Shown: positions 29,854 through 40,421 of the stretch, piece by piece
How the letters are laid out: every line of letters begins with the position of its first letter
Position numbering within the stretch: position 1 is the first letter of the stretch
Origin: an uncultured Bacilli bacterium
GTDB lineage: Bacteria; Bacillota_I; Bacilli_A; RF39; UBA660
Direction of reading: 5' to 3'
DNA length: 64,000 bases
Assembly (NCBI GenBank): GCA_947626515.1
Contig: CANQSL010000003.1
Location: 2,028 to 66,027 of the forward strand
Position numbers and translations under genes: made by a program
Notes under the pieces: generated by a model
Database searches by the model: none
The model's input: only the letters and a program-made list of their open reading frames with translations
Told to the model about the DNA's origin: nothing

Positions 29854-31121
29854 TATCTTCTTCTTCTCTTTCTAGTGTGTGCATAACTTCTTGAAACTAT
29901 AGAACTTTCTAATTGTTTATAAGTTTCCAACGCAACACCGACAACAATTAATAATCCAGTTCCTCCTAATGTTACAGAACTTGATAAATTAGGAATTTTA
30001 GACATTAATATAGGCAATGCAGCAATAATAATTAAGAATACTGCTCCAACTACTGTAAGTCTAGATATTACATATTTTAAATATGCACTCGTTTTAGCTC
30101 CAGGAGTAATTCCAGGAATATAACTTCTATTTTTATCTAAATTTTCGCTCATTTCATCTGGATTTAATTCCATTAAAGTATAAACATAAGCAAATATAAA
30201 GATTAAAAATATATATAATAAAAATCCAGTTACAGTAGTATAATCAATATACTTAGCTATAAAATTTTTAAACGCTTCATTTTTAATTACTTGTGCTATT
30301 AAAGATGGTATACCAACAAAAGCTGATGCAAATATAACAGGCATTACACTTGCAGAATTTAATTTAATTGGTATATAAGATTGTTCTGCATTATATGCAG
30401 TACTTGTTCTATTACTATATTGTATTGGTATTCTTCTTTGTGCAGATTCTACAAAAATTACACCTACTAAAATTAATATATAAACTAATACAAATAATAT
30501 AAACATACTAATTCCAGCTGCTGTACTATGAACACCTGACAAAATCAAGTCATTGAAAGCTGTAATAAATACATTAGGTAATGATTGAACAATTCCAGCC
30601 ATAATCATTAATGACATACCATTACCAATACCTTTTTTAGTAATTTCATCTGCTAGCCATATCAATAATGCACTACCAGCAGTTAATATCAAACTAGTTT
30701 TTAATATAGTTATAGTACCCAATCCTTTTAAATACGCATAACTAAATATATAAGCTTGAACAAAAGCAAATAAAATACCTAAATATCTATTAATTGTATT
30801 TATTTTTTGTCTACCAGTTGCACCTTGTTCTTTTAACTCTTTAAAATATGGCAATATATCCATCTGCAATAACTGAGTTATGATAGAAGCCGAAATATAA
30901 GGCATAACTCCCAATGCAAATATTGAGAATGTTTTTAAACTACCACCACTCATAAGATTTAATAATTCCAAGAATCCTAAATCACTTGTTATTTCTTTAG
31001 CACCAGGGACAACAATAGTTGTTCCTATTGAAAATATAGCTAGTACAGCTAAAGTGAAATAAATTCTTTTTCTTAAATCCTTATTATTTTTTTTAAATAA
31101 ACCTTTAAGATTAGAAAACAT
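29853..31121 (-). CDS. secY: preprotein translocase subunit SecY
   Basis: 422 aa with 10 TM helices. Contains LGVMPYISASIITQLL and a GGTGLLIVVGVALET plug/ring context. Confidence 0.97.
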   Translation of the reverse strand: MFSNLKGLFKKNNKDLRKRIYFTLAVLAIFSIGTTIVVPGAKEITSDLGFLELLNLMSGGSLKTFSIFALGVMPYISASIITQLLQMDILPYFKELKEQGATGRQKINTINRYLGILFAFVQAYIFSYAYLKGLGTITILKTSLILTAGSALLIWLADEITKKGIGNGMSLMIMAGIVQSLPNVFITAFNDLILSGVHSTAAGISMFILFVLVYILILVGVIFVESAQRRIPIQYSNRTSTAYNAEQSYIPIKLNSASVMPVIFASAFVGIPSLIAQVIKNEAFKNFIAKYIDYTTVTGFLLYIFLIFIFAYVYTLMELNPDEMSENLDKNRSYIPGITPGAKTSAYLKYVISRLTVVGAVFLIIIAALPILMSKIPNLSSSVTLGGTGLLIVVGVALETYKQLESSIVSRSYAHTRKRRRR

Positions 31122-31561
31122 TAAATCACCTCAGCTACTCCGCCAGCACTCTCTATTTTTTTAACAGCAGATACAGAGAATCTGCTTGCTCTAACAGTTA
31201 GTTTTTTTTCTAATGTACCATTACCTAAAACTTTAATTCCAGATAATTCTTTTTTAACAATTCCTTTTTCTTTTAATAACTCAGGAGTAACAACGTCTCC
31301 ATCATTAAATTTATTTAAGTCTTTTATATTTATAATAGCATATTCAGTTCTGAATTTAGCATTATTAAAACCTCTTTTAGGAATTCTTCTATATAAAGGG
31401 CTTTGTCCACCTTCAAACCAAGGTTTAATGCTTGATCCACTTCTTGCTTTTTGACCTTTTTCTCCACGAGTTGAAGTTTTACCCATACCAGAACCTGGTC
31501 CACGTCCAACTCTTTTAATTTTTTTTCTTTCAGGAGTAGCGCATAAATTTTCTAACTTCAT
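31121..31561 (-). CDS. rplO: 50S ribosomal protein L15
   Basis: MKLENL...[27 protein letters not shown] prefer the ATG at 31561, which lies 1 nt after the rpsE stop and has a GAGGAGG RBS. The track start at 31588 would overlap rpsE. Confidence 0.93.
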   Translation of the reverse strand: MKLENLCATPERKKIKRVGRGPGSGMGKTSTRGEKGQKARSGSSIKPWFEGGQSPLYRRIPKRGFNNAKFRTEYAIINIKDLNKFNDGDVVTPELLKEKGIVKKELSGIKVLGNGTLEKKLTVRASRFSVSAVKKIESAGGVAEVI

Positions 31562-31562
31562 A

Positions 31563-32072
31563 TTATAACTCCTCCTCTTTCTTGCCACGTAACTTAGCTA
31601 TATGAGCTTTAGTACGCTCTGATTTTAAAGCCTCTAATGTAGCTTTTGCAACGTTTACTTTAGTATTAGAACCAAGGGATTTAGAAACTATATCTTTAAC
31701 TCCAGCTAATTCTAATATTACACGAACTGCTCCACCAGCAACAACTCCAGTACCTTCTTTAGCAGGTTTAATTAAAACTTTTGCTTTTCCACATATTCCA
31801 GTAGCATCATGTGGAACCGTTCTGTTATCAACGATAGAAACTTTACATAAATTTTTGTTAGCTGCTTGAATACCTTTCTTAATTGCTTCTGGAACTTCAT
31901 TTGCTTTTCCTGTTCCAATTCCAACAAGTCCTTTTCCATCACCAACAGCCATAGTTGCTGCAAAACGGAAATGGCGACCACCTTTAGTAACTTTAGTTAC
32001 ACGAGAGATAGAAACAACTCTTTCTTCTAGAAGTTTTTTTCTAGAATCAACATTTTTTTCATTCTTTGCCAT
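31563..32072 (-). CDS. rpsE: 30S ribosomal protein S5
   Basis: [50 protein letters not shown]. The ATG at 32072 is preceded by GGTGGAGGG. Confidence 0.95.
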   Translation of the reverse strand: MAKNEKNVDSRKKLLEERVVSISRVTKVTKGGRHFRFAATMAVGDGKGLVGIGTGKANEVPEAIKKGIQAANKNLCKVSIVDNRTVPHDATGICGKAKVLIKPAKEGTGVVAGGAVRVILELAGVKDIVSKSLGSNTKVNVAKATLEALKSERTKAHIAKLRGKKEEEL

Positions 32073-32084
32073 AATACCCTCCAC

Positions 32085-32441
32085 CTAAAATTCTAATCCA
32101 TTTTCACGTGCAGCTTCTGCTAGTGCCTCTACACGTCCATGATAAAGATATCCACCTCTATCAAATACTACCTTTTTAATTGATGCAGCTAATGCTTTTT
32201 TAGCAATATCTTCACCAACTGCTTTAGCAGCTTCTATATTTCCACCATTTTTAATCTTAAGCTCTAAACTAGATGAGCTAACTAAGGTAACCCTTTTATC
32301 GTCATCAATTATTTGAGCAAAAATATGTGAATTTGATCTAAAAACATTTAATCTTGGACATTCTTTAGTTCCACTAACTTTAGTACGAACACGTTTATGT
32401 CTAATTTTTCTTAATTCATTTCTTGACTCTTTCTTAATCAT
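32085..32441 (-). CDS. rplR: 50S ribosomal protein L18
   Basis: [31 protein letters not shown]...[11 protein letters not shown]. Confidence 0.95.
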   Translation of the reverse strand: MIKKESRNELRKIRHKRVRTKVSGTKECPRLNVFRSNSHIFAQIIDDDKRVTLVSSSSLELKIKNGGNIEAAKAVGEDIAKKALAASIKKVVFDRGGYLYHGRVEALAEAARENGLEF

Positions 32442-32459
32442 ACTTTAATCTCCTTTACC

Positions 32460-32999
32460 TTATTTAGCTGCCTTTTTTCCTTCTTTACGTCTAATATATT
32501 CGCCCTTATATCTAATACCTTTTCCTTTATAAGGTTCAGGTCCTCTAAGTTTTCTTATATTAGCTGCAAATTCAGAAACCTTTTGCTTATCAATACCGTT
32601 TATAGCTATTTCAGTAGTACTAATTTGTTCTGCTTTTAAATAATTTGGTACTACTACTTCTACTGGATGAGAAAATCCTGCATTAACTGAAATTTTATTT
32701 CCAGAAACTTGAAATCTATAACCTACACCAACTATTTCTAATTCTTTTCTGAAACCTGCACTTACACCTTCGATCATATTAGAAATCAATGCATTTGTAG
32801 TTCCATGTAAACTTTTCATAAATTTAATATCATTTGGTCTTTTAATTATAACTTTATTATCTTCAACACTGATAGACATATCTTTACTAAAAGTATTAGT
32901 AAGTTCTCCTTTAGGTCCCTTTACTGTTACAACATTATCATTAACAGTTACAGTTACACCTTCAGGAATATTTAATTTTCTATTTCCTATTCTACTCAT
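32460..32999 (-). CDS. rplF: 50S ribosomal protein L6
   Basis: MSRIGNRKLNIPEGVTVTV..VTVKGPKGEL...GVGYRF..PEPYKGKGIRY. Confidence 0.95.
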   Translation of the reverse strand: MSRIGNRKLNIPEGVTVTVNDNVVTVKGPKGELTNTFSKDMSISVEDNKVIIKRPNDIKFMKSLHGTTNALISNMIEGVSAGFRKELEIVGVGYRFQVSGNKISVNAGFSHPVEVVVPNYLKAEQISTTEIAINGIDKQKVSEFAANIRKLRGPEPYKGKGIRYKGEYIRRKEGKKAAK

Positions 33000-33011
33000 A
33001 GTTAGTTTTCC

Positions 33012-33410
33012 TTACCAAATATAGGCAAGTACTTCTCCTCCTAGATGTTTTTCTCTAGCTTCTTTATCAGTCATTATTCCTAGTGATGTTGAGATAATAG
33101 CAATACCTAATCCATTTAGAACTCTTGGAAGTTCATCATGTTTAGCATATACACGTAATCCTGGTTTAGAAATTCTTTTAAGTCCAACGATTACTTTTTC
33201 TTTCTTACCTTCGCCATATTTTAAGCTTATAGTAATTTTGTCTCCATTAGAGTTCTTTTCAACTTTATAATCGCTTATATATCCTTCATCTTTTAATATT
33301 CTAGCTATTTCTATAGTCATTTTAGAACCTAAAACTTCGACAGTATCATATTTCATTTGATTAGCATTACGAATTCTTGTAAGCATATCAGCTATTCTAT
33401 CATTTACCAT
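33012..33410 (-). CDS. rpsH: 30S ribosomal protein S8
   Basis: [18 protein letters not shown]...[27 protein letters not shown]. The ATG at 33410 has an AGGAAG RBS. Confidence 0.95.
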   Translation of the reverse strand: MVNDRIADMLTRIRNANQMKYDTVEVLGSKMTIEIARILKDEGYISDYKVEKNSNGDKITISLKYGEGKKEKVIVGLKRISKPGLRVYAKHDELPRVLNGLGIAIISTSLGIMTDKEAREKHLGGEVLAYIW

Positions 33411-33424
33411 AATTAACTTCCTTT

Positions 33425-33610
33425 CTACCAACTTGATTTTTTAACACCTGGTATTTGTCCTTTATTTGCAAGTTCTCTAAAACAAATACGGCATAGACCA
33501 AATTTTCTTAATACTCCGTGTGGACGTCCACATCTTTCACAACGAGTATAACTTCTTACCTTGAATTTAGGTGTACGTTTATTTTTAACTTTAATACTTG
33601 TTTTTGCCAT
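33425..33610 (-). CDS. rpsN: 30S ribosomal protein S14, zinc-binding type Z
   Basis: 61 aa, with the [23 protein letters not shown] motif. Confidence 0.95.
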   Translation of the reverse strand: MAKTSIKVKNKRTPKFKVRSYTRCERCGRPHGVLRKFGLCRICFRELANKGQIPGVKKSSW

Positions 33611-33619
33611 AACCGCTAC

Positions 33620-34159
33620 CTACTTTCTAAATGGCATTCCGAATGCACTTAATAATTCATAAGCTTCTTCGTTAGTTTTTGCAGTTGTAACAAAAACTAT
33701 ATCCATTCCTCTTAATTTAACTACATTATCATATTCAATTTCTGGGAATATAAGTTGTTCTTTAATTCCCAAAGTATAATTTCCAAAACCATCAAATGAC
33801 TTTGGAGAAATACCTCTAAAATCTCTTACACGTGGTAATGCAACACGAATTAACTTTTCCATAAAATCATACATAGCATTATCTCTTAAAGTAACTTTAA
33901 CACCTATAGGTTGACCTTCTCTAAGTTTAAATCCAGCTATAGACTTCTTGGCTTTAGTAATTACTGATTTTTGACCAGTTATAGTTTCCAAATCTTTTTG
34001 AGCTGCTTCTATAAGTTTAGAATCATGACTAGCATCTCCAACACCTATATTAACAACAATCTTTTCTAATTTTGGAACTTCCATAATAGAACTATATTTA
34101 AATTGTTCTTTTAATTTATTTTTAATTTCATTATTATATAATTCTTTTAAATTACTCAT
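33620..34159 (-). CDS. rplE: 50S ribosomal protein L5
   Basis: [16 protein letters not shown]...[28 protein letters not shown]. Confidence 0.95.
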   Translation of the reverse strand: MSNLKELYNNEIKNKLKEQFKYSSIMEVPKLEKIVVNIGVGDASHDSKLIEAAQKDLETITGQKSVITKAKKSIAGFKLREGQPIGVKVTLRDNAMYDFMEKLIRVALPRVRDFRGISPKSFDGFGNYTLGIKEQLIFPEIEYDNVVKLRGMDIVFVTTAKTNEEAYELLSAFGMPFRK

Positions 34160-34524
34160 TATTTTTCACCTACTTCTTTCTTAGTAGATTTTTTTGCAGT
34201 AGTTTTCTTTGTTCCTGTATTTTTAGCTGTTTTAGTTTCAACTTTAGCTACTTTTTCAGTAGTTTTTACCTCTTCTTTTGATTCTTTTTTAGTTGATTTT
34301 TTTGCATCAGATATAACTTTTACATTAGATACATGAATAGGTGCTTCAACACTTAGAATTCCACCAGTTTCGTTTTGATTATTAGGTTTCATATGTTTTT
34401 TAACAATATTAATGCCTTCAACTACAACTTTATCCTTCTTTTTAAGAGTAAGAATAACTTTTCCTTCTTTTCCCTTATCTTTTCCAGCTAAAATCTTAAC
34501 GTTATCTCCAACTTTAACTTTCAT
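34159..34524 (-). CDS. rplX: 50S ribosomal protein L24 with ~49-aa K/T-rich C-terminal tail
   Basis: The [26 protein letters not shown] motif is followed by the L24 core. The C-terminus ([19 protein letters not shown]...KKEVGEK) extends beyond the usual end. Confidence 0.93.
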   Translation of the reverse strand: MKVKVGDNVKILAGKDKGKEGKVILTLKKKDKVVVEGINIVKKHMKPNNQNETGGILSVEAPIHVSNVKVISDAKKSTKKESKEEVKTTEKVAKVETKTAKNTGTKKTTAKKSTKKEVGEK

Positions 34525-34532
34525 AATTCCTC

Positions 34533-34901
34533 CTATAATACTTCACTAGCAAGTGAAACTATCTTCATGTAATCTTTATCACGTAATTCACGAGCAATTG
34601 GTCCAAGAACACGAGTTCCTACTGGACTCTTATCATCTCTAATTAATATACATGCATTATCATCAAATCTAATATAAGAACCATCTTTACGTCTAACACC
34701 TTCAACGCTTCTTACAATAACAGCTTTAACTACCTTACCTTTTTTTACATTTGAGTTAGGAATGGCTTTCTTAACAGAAGCTACTACTACATCTCCGATA
34801 TTTCCATATTTTCTCTTACTTCCACCCATTACTCTAATAACCATTACTTCACGAGCTCCAGAGTTATCAGCTACTTTTAATCTAGTTTGTTGTTGTATCA
34901 T
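34533..34901 (-). CDS. rplN: 50S ribosomal protein L14
   Basis: [28 protein letters not shown]... Confidence 0.97.
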   Translation of the reverse strand: MIQQQTRLKVADNSGAREVMVIRVMGGSKRKYGNIGDVVVASVKKAIPNSNVKKGKVVKAVIVRSVEGVRRKDGSYIRFDDNACILIRDDKSPVGTRVLGPIARELRDKDYMKIVSLASEVL

Positions 34902-34912
34902 AATAACCCTCC

Positions 34913-35173
34913 TTAAAGAACAACAGCTTCTTTAATAACACTAACTAATTCATATCTTTTTGTTTTAGATAGTGGTCTAGTCATTGCTATTTTAACTGTG
35001 TCCCCTTCTTTTGCTATATTTTTTTCATCGTGAGCACGATATTTTTTTGAATATTTAACCATTTTTTTGTATTTTGGATGTTTTTTGTGAGTTTCAACTA
35101 AAACAGTAATAGTCTTATCATTTTTACTACTTACTACAGTTCCAACAAGTTCTACTCTATTAGTCTTTTCCAT
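34913..35173 (-). CDS. rpsQ: 30S ribosomal protein S17
   Basis: [36 protein letters not shown]. Confidence 0.95.
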   Translation of the reverse strand: MEKTNRVELVGTVVSSKNDKTITVLVETHKKHPKYKKMVKYSKKYRAHDEKNIAKEGDTVKIAMTRPLSKTKRYELVSVIKEAVVL

Positions 35174-35376
35174 TATTTCTCACTCCCATCATTCATTTTT
35201 TCTTTTAAAATAGTTTTTAATCTTGCTACTAATTTTCTTAATTCATGTAATTTATGAGGTTTTTCTAAAGATCCAGTAGCTTGTTTCATTCTTAAATCAA
35301 ATATTTCGGCTTTAGTATCAGCTATTTTTTTCTCTATATCTTCAATAGACATTTCTCTTATTTCACTAGCTTTCAT
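35173..35376 (-). CDS. rpmC: 50S ribosomal protein L29
   Basis: [35 protein letters not shown]. The ATG at 35376 has a GAGG about 9 nt upstream. The gene overlaps the rplP 3' end by 11 nt. Confidence 0.9.
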   Translation of the reverse strand: MKASEIREMSIEDIEKKIADTKAEIFDLRMKQATGSLEKPHKLHELRKLVARLKTILKEKMNDGSEK

Positions 35377-35800
35377 CTTTGGCAACCTCACTTTCTTTCT
35401 TAACAAATTTAGTCTTTATGCTTAATTTATGACTAGCGAGTCTCAATGCTTCACGAGCAATTTCTTCACTTACTTCAGAAATTTCAAACATAATTTTTCC
35501 TGTTTTAACAACAGCAACCCATTCGTTTACGTCACCTTTACCTTTACCTTGACGAGTTTCTAAAGGTTTCATAGTTCTTGCTAAATGTGGGAATATATTA
35601 ATCCATACTTTTCCACCACGTTTCATATAACGAGTCATAGCAATACGAGCTGCTTCAATTTGACGAGCAGAAACATATCCGCCCTCTTTTGCTTGAAGAC
35701 CATAATCTCCAAAATGTAATTCTAAATTTCCTTTTGCTTTTCCATCATAAGTCAATCTATGTGGTTTACGATATTTAGTTCTCTTTGGCATTAGTGGCAT
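35366..35800 (-). CDS. rplP: 50S ribosomal protein L16
   Basis: [12 protein letters not shown]...[27 protein letters not shown]. The exact start (35800 or 35791) is uncertain. Confidence 0.93.
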   Translation of the reverse strand: MPLMPKRTKYRKPHRLTYDGKAKGNLELHFGDYGLQAKEGGYVSARQIEAARIAMTRYMKRGGKVWINIFPHLARTMKPLETRQGKGKGDVNEWVAVVKTGKIMFEISEVSEEIAREALRLASHKLSIKTKFVKKESEVAKDES

Positions 35801-36449
35801 TAGCTTCAGCCTCCTTTACCTTCTTGTTAAGTATTTCACCTTTATAAATCCATACTTTAACACCAATTTTACCATAAGTAGTATTAGCCTCACTTACAGC
35901 ATAATCAATATTTGCTCTTATTGTATGAAGAGGAACTGTTCCTTCAGTATATCCTTCAGTACGAGCCATTTCAGCTCCAGCAAGTCTACCTGAAACACTA
36001 GTTTTAATACCTTTTGCTCCTGCTTTCATAGTATTTTTAATAGCTTTCTTTTGAACATTACGGAAATTTGCTCTGTTCTCAATTTGTTTTGCTATAGAAT
36101 CTGCAACTAATTTAGCATTTAAATCAGGATTCTTCTCCTCAACAATAGTAACATATATTTCTTCTTTAACTAATTTTTTTAATTCTTTTCTTAATTTTTC
36201 GATGTCTTCTCCACCACGGCCAATAATTACACCAGGTTTAGCAGTATGAATTTTAACGTCAACTTTATCAGTTTTTCTTTCAATTTCTACTGAACTAACA
36301 GCAGCATCATTTAAAGATTTCAATAAATATTCACGGATTTTAATATCATTATTTAACTTGATAGCATAATCTTTATCTGCATACCAATTACTTTGCCAAG
36401 ATTTATTGACACCTAGTCTTAATCCATTAGGATTTACTTTTTGTCCCAT
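35775..36449 (-). CDS. rpsC: 30S ribosomal protein S3
   Basis: [24 protein letters not shown].. with a KH domain ([12 protein letters not shown]). Confidence 0.97.
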   Translation of the reverse strand: MGQKVNPNGLRLGVNKSWQSNWYADKDYAIKLNNDIKIREYLLKSLNDAAVSSVEIERKTDKVDVKIHTAKPGVIIGRGGEDIEKLRKELKKLVKEEIYVTIVEEKNPDLNAKLVADSIAKQIENRANFRNVQKKAIKNTMKAGAKGIKTSVSGRLAGAEMARTEGYTEGTVPLHTIRANIDYAVSEANTTYGKIGVKVWIYKGEILNKKVKEAEANATNAKEN

Positions 36450-36451
36450 AA

Positions 36452-36796
36452 TTAAGCCTCCTTAGTTCCATCACTAACTTTAACAGTTATATGACTTGTT
36501 CTTTTATCTCTTCTATCAACTTTTGAACGTGATCCTATTTTAGATCTTTTAAGTACAGGTCCTGGATTGATAAAACATTCAGAAACTACTAAATCTTCTA
36601 ATTTCATATTAAAATTATTTGTTGCATTTGCAGCAGCAGAATTTAAAACTTTAATAATTAATCTACTTGATTTAGTATTTGTATTTTTTAATATAGCTTG
36701 TGCATCAGTAACTTTTTTGCCTCTTATTAAATCAAGAGTCATTCTAGCTTTTCTTGGAGCTACCATAGCACTTTTATGTATTGCAAATGTTTCCAT
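36452..36796 (-). CDS. rplV: 50S ribosomal protein L22
   Basis: [22 protein letters not shown]...[10 protein letters not shown]. Confidence 0.95.
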   Translation of the reverse strand: METFAIHKSAMVAPRKARMTLDLIRGKKVTDAQAILKNTNTKSSRLIIKVLNSAAANATNNFNMKLEDLVVSECFINPGPVLKRSKIGSRSKVDRRDKRTSHITVKVSDGTKEA

Positions 36797-36809
36797 ATCT
36801 TTTTACCTC

Positions 36810-37073
36810 CTACTTTTGTCCTGCATGTCCGCCAAATTTACGAGTTGGAGCAAATTCACCTAATTTATGTCCAACTAAATCTTCAGTAATGTAAACTGGA
36901 ATAAATTCACGTCCATTATGTACAGCTATTGTATGACCAACAAACTCAGGAAAGATTGTTGAACGACGAGACCAAGTTTTAACAACTTCTTTTTTATTTG
37001 ATTCATTTAATTTTACTATTTTCTTCATTAGGCTTTCATCACAAAAAGGCCCTTTTTTTAAACTTCTTGCCAT
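36810..37073 (-). CDS. rpsS: 30S ribosomal protein S19
   Basis: [18 protein letters not shown]...[44 protein letters not shown]. Confidence 0.97.
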   Translation of the reverse strand: MARSLKKGPFCDESLMKKIVKLNESNKKEVVKTWSRRSTIFPEFVGHTIAVHNGREFIPVYITEDLVGHKLGEFAPTRKFGGHAGQK

Positions 37074-37086
37074 TTAAACACCTCTC

Positions 37087-37917
37087 CTATTTCTTTCTTC
37101 TACTGACAATTAATTTATCAGATGCTTTCTTATTTTTACGAGTTTTAAGTCCAAGAGCTGGTTTACCCCAAGGAGTAACTGGCCCTTTTCTTCCTATTGG
37201 AGCACGACCTTCTCCACCACCATGAGGATGGTCATTAGGGTTCATAACAGAACCACGGTTAGTAGGTCTAATACCCATATGACGAGTTCTTCCTGCTTTA
37301 CCAATATTAACTAGTTCATAATCTTCATTTCCAACTACACCTACAGTAGCCATACAATTACCTAAAACTAATCTAGTTTCACCGCTTTGAAGACGAATCA
37401 TTACATATTTATCTTCACGACCTAGTATTTGAGCAGATGCACCGGCAGAACGAACTAATTCAGCACCTTTACCAGGTTTTAATTCAATATTGTGAATAAG
37501 TGTACCAATTGGAATATTCTTTATTAACATTGCATTTCCAACTTTAATATCTACGCTTTCTCCACTTTCAACTATGTCTCCAACTTTAATATCTTTAGGT
37601 GCAATAATATATCTTTTTTCTCCATCTTTATATGTTAAAAGAACAATATTAGCACTACGATTTGGATCATATTCTATTGATGTTACTTTTGCTGGAACAC
37701 CAAATTTATCTCTTTTAAAATCAATTAAACGATATTTTCTTTTTGCTCCCCCACCAATGTGTCTAACAGTCATTCTACCTAAGTTATTTCTTCCACCAGT
37801 TTTAGTTTTTTTAACAAGTAAACTTTTTTCTGGTTTATTAGTAGTTAGTTCTTCATTAGTAAGAGTAGACATACCTCTACGACCATTAGTAGTTGGTTTG
37901 TATTTTTTTATACCCAT
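37087..37917 (-). CDS. rplB: 50S ribosomal protein L2
   Basis: [17 protein letters not shown]...[18 protein letters not shown] prefer the ATG at 37917 over the GTG at 37926 used by the track. Confidence 0.96.
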   Translation of the reverse strand: MGIKKYKPTTNGRRGMSTLTNEELTTNKPEKSLLVKKTKTGGRNNLGRMTVRHIGGGAKRKYRLIDFKRDKFGVPAKVTSIEYDPNRSANIVLLTYKDGEKRYIIAPKDIKVGDIVESGESVDIKVGNAMLIKNIPIGTLIHNIELKPGKGAELVRSAGASAQILGREDKYVMIRLQSGETRLVLGNCMATVGVVGNEDYELVNIGKAGRTRHMGIRPTNRGSVMNPNDHPHGGGEGRAPIGRKGPVTPWGKPALGLKTRKNKKASDKLIVSRRKK

Positions 37918-37930
37918 ATCTAACACCGCC

Positions 37931-38203
37931 TTACATTTCTATTGTTTGACCATCAACTAAAGTAACGATAGCCTTTTTATAAGTCTTAGTCTTTCCTGTA
38001 TATCTACCAACTCTTTTATCTTTTGCCTTAGTATTTAATGTATTTACACTTTTTACCTTAACATTAAATAGTTTTTCAACAGCATTTTTTATTTGTATTT
38101 TATTTGCATCTTTGCGAACTTTAAACACAAATGTTTTTCCATTGCTTGATAATACTTGAGACTTTTCTGTAATAACTGGTGCAATAATAATATCTGTATT
38201 CAT
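37931..38203 (-). CDS. rplW: 50S ribosomal protein L23
   Basis: [10 protein letters not shown]...[28 protein letters not shown]. Confidence 0.95.
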   Translation of the reverse strand: MNTDIIIAPVITEKSQVLSSNGKTFVFKVRKDANKIQIKNAVEKLFNVKVKSVNTLNTKAKDKRVGRYTGKTKTYKKAIVTLVDGQTIEM

Positions 38204-38826
38204 TATTTAAGCACCTCCTCTATAGTTTTAACAGCTGATTCTTCAACTACTAATGTATCAGCATTGACAATATCATAGACATTAATTTCATTAGCCATTA
38301 ATACTGCACAATAACCTAAATTTCTAGTAGCTAAATATAATTTTTCTGCATCATTTGAACTAACAAATAATACCTTTCCAGCTAATTTTAAATTTTCTAT
38401 TAAAGCTTTAACATCTTTTGTTTTTAAACTTTCAAGTTCTAAACTATCAACAACAACTAATTCTTTATTTTTAAATTTATAAGAAAGTGTTGAACGTAAT
38501 GCTAAACTTCTCTCCTTTTTATTCATTTTAAAAGTATAGCTTCTAGGAGTTACGCCAAATACTATACCACCGCCTCTATAATGAGGAGCACGAATAGTAC
38601 CTTGACGAGCATTACCTGTACCTTTTTGTCTGTAAGGTTTTTTGCCTCCACCACTAACTTCACTACGTGTTTTAGTTTTATGTGTTCCTTGTCTTAAAGA
38701 AGCCATTTGTAAATCTAAAGCTTTCTTTAAAACAATATTATTTGGTTCAATATTCCAAATTTCATCATTTAGTTTTAAATCGCTTATTTTTTCACCTTTT
38801 AGGTTAATAACATCTAATTTTGCCAT
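38203..38826 (-). CDS. rplD: 50S ribosomal protein L4
   Basis: [43 protein letters not shown]. Confidence 0.96.
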   Translation of the reverse strand: MAKLDVINLKGEKISDLKLNDEIWNIEPNNIVLKKALDLQMASLRQGTHKTKTRSEVSGGGKKPYRQKGTGNARQGTIRAPHYRGGGIVFGVTPRSYTFKMNKKERSLALRSTLSYKFKNKELVVVDSLELESLKTKDVKALIENLKLAGKVLFVSSNDAEKLYLATRNLGYCAVLMANEINVYDIVNADTLVVEESAVKTIEEVLK

Positions 38827-38852
38827 TTATAAATCTCCTTTCAAACTGAAAC

Positions 38853-39665
38853 TTATGCTTCAGTAGTTTCCTCGATTTCTGTTTTGTTTTCTTCATTAGC
38901 AACTTCTTCGCTATCATCTGAAGTAGCTTCTTCAGTAGTTTCAGTTTCCACTTCATTATTCTCTTCTTGTGTTTCTTCTTTCATTTGCTCTTCTTCTAAT
39001 AAAATTTCTTCATATTCTACTAATTCTACCGAATTATTGCTTCCACCTTTAACAGCAGATCTAATTAAAACTAATGAATTTTTAGCACCTGGAACATTTC
39101 CACTAACTAAAATATAATTATCTTCTTTACTTACTTCAATAATCTCTAAATTTTGAATTGTAACTGTCTTACATCCATCATGGCCTGCAAGAATTTTACC
39201 TTTAAATACTCTCATTGGTCTCATAGTACCCATTGAACCTGGTCTTCTATGATATCTTGAACCATGAGTCTCTGGTCCACGAGATTGATTGTTACGTCTG
39301 ATTACACCAGTAAAACCTTTACCTTTAGAAACACCTGTAACATCAACTTTTTCTCCACTTGTAAATACATCAGCAGTAATTGCACTTCCTAGTTCATAAG
39401 AAGTTACATCGTCAACTCTTATTTCTCTTACGAAGCGCTTAGGACCAACACCAGCTTTTTTAGCATGTCCTATTTCTGGTTTAGTAGCATGTTTTTCCTT
39501 TTTATCAACAGTGCTCAATTGAATAGCATTGTAACCATCATTTTCTACAGTTTTGATTTGAGTTACAATGTTAGGTTCAACAGAAATAACTGTTACAGGA
39601 ATAACTCTACCATCTTTTGTAAACTTTTCAGTCATACCGACTTTACGTCCTAAGATTCCTTTCAT
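38853..39665 (-). CDS. rplC: 50S ribosomal protein L3 with ~58-aa acidic C-terminal tail
   Basis: [15 protein letters not shown]...[36 protein letters not shown] is the L3 core. The protein is 270 aa long and ends in an E/T/D-rich tail. Confidence 0.95.
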   Translation of the reverse strand: MKGILGRKVGMTEKFTKDGRVIPVTVISVEPNIVTQIKTVENDGYNAIQLSTVDKKEKHATKPEIGHAKKAGVGPKRFVREIRVDDVTSYELGSAITADVFTSGEKVDVTGVSKGKGFTGVIRRNNQSRGPETHGSRYHRRPGSMGTMRPMRVFKGKILAGHDGCKTVTIQNLEIIEVSKEDNYILVSGNVPGAKNSLVLIRSAVKGGSNNSVELVEYEEILLEEEQMKEETQEENNEVETETTEEATSDDSEEVANEENKTEIEETTEA

Positions 39666-39679
39666 TTTTATACCTCCAA

Positions 39680-39985
39680 TTATTTAGTTTCTATCTTAAT
39701 GTCAACACCACTTGGAACATCTAAGTGAGTTAAAGCATCAATAACTTCCTTACTAGGATCTTTTATATCAATAAGTCTTTTATGAGTACGCATTTCAAAT
39801 TGCTCTCTGCTATCTTTATATTTATGTACAGCTCTCAATACAGTAAATTTTTGTATTTCTGTAGGAAGAGGAATTGGGCCTGAAATATTAGCTCCCAATC
39901 TTTTAATAGTAGTAACAATTTTAGCTGCAGAATCATCAAGTACTTTATGATCATAAGCTTTTAATCTAATTCTTACTTTTGACAT
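39680..39985 (-). CDS. rpsJ: 30S ribosomal protein S10
   Basis: [17 protein letters not shown]...GPIPLPT...[28 protein letters not shown]. The ATG at 39985 is preceded by GGGAGGA. The 39-codon upstream extension in the track ORF is leader sequence. Confidence 0.96.
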   Translation of the reverse strand: MSKVRIRLKAYDHKVLDDSAAKIVTTIKRLGANISGPIPLPTEIQKFTVLRAVHKYKDSREQFEMRTHKRLIDIKDPSKEVIDALTHLDVPSGVDIKIETK

Positions 39986-40152
39986 TTTAAATGTCCTCCC
40001 TTCGTTTATATCTTTTGTATAAACATAGCTCCGTAACAAATTCCCCAATGCACCATTATTGTTAACAACGTCACCTGGTGTATCAGCAACCTTGCACATC
40101 ATTGCCAGTTAAACACATATCAAATTATACCCAATCATTCAGGAAAAATCAA
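39986..40152 (-). promoter_or_regulatory. S10-operon promoter and ~130-nt relatively GC-rich 5' leader
   Basis: The minus strand reads TTGATT (40152-40147), a 17-nt spacer, then TATAAT (40129-40124). The leader contains a GTTTATA/TATAAAC hairpin directly before the GAAGGGAGG RBS. Confidence 0.55.
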
Positions 40153-40335
40153 CCCCTAAATTAAAAAAAATAAAAGTTATAATTTTTAATTTCTATTTCC
40201 CTTTTAAATATTATTATTATATTTACCCTATTATAACTAAAATTATAGATATAATAATTTATTTAAAGTCTAATAAAAAGCAACTATTTTGTTTTATTTG
40301 TTTAGATTTCGTACAATACTTGCTTCAAAACTTAA

Positions 40336-40378
40336 TAAAAAAAATAGTGATAACATAATTTTTGTATATTATCACTAT
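40336..40378 (-). terminator. intrinsic terminator after the amidase-domain gene
   Basis: Perfect 10-bp inverted repeat: ATAGTGATAA (40344-40353) and TTATCACTAT (40369-40378). A T8 run follows on the minus strand. Confidence 0.6.
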
Positions 40379-40421
40379 TATATTCTTCACTTTTATTAAC
40401 AACTTACTTTTTAATAAAATA

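Noticed and set aside
31772-31981. 69-aa minus-strand ORF in an alternative frame inside rpsE
   Set aside because: It is embedded in S5 coding sequence. It has no independent RBS and its product is not recognisable.
27656-39653. Plus-strand ORFs within the ribosomal protein cluster (27656-28042, 36567-36863, 36998-37225, 37574-37960, 38642-38866, 38884-39117, 39465-39653)
   Set aside because: All of them are antisense to highly conserved ribosomal protein genes. Their translations are S/L/F-rich with no motif, so they are mirror-frame artefacts.
39986-40102. 39-codon N-terminal extension of rpsJ (the track ORF starts at 40102)
   Set aside because: S10 begins [13 protein letters not shown] at 39985, directly behind a GGGAGGA RBS. 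The extension lies downstream of the TTGATT-17-TATAAT promoter and is better explained as 5' leader that happens to be open.
40153-40335. Attachment site or direct repeat marking the island end
   Set aside because: The sequence is featureless A/T-rich DNA. I could not find a matching repeat elsewhere in the window, and the other end of any element lies outside it. No boundary can be called.
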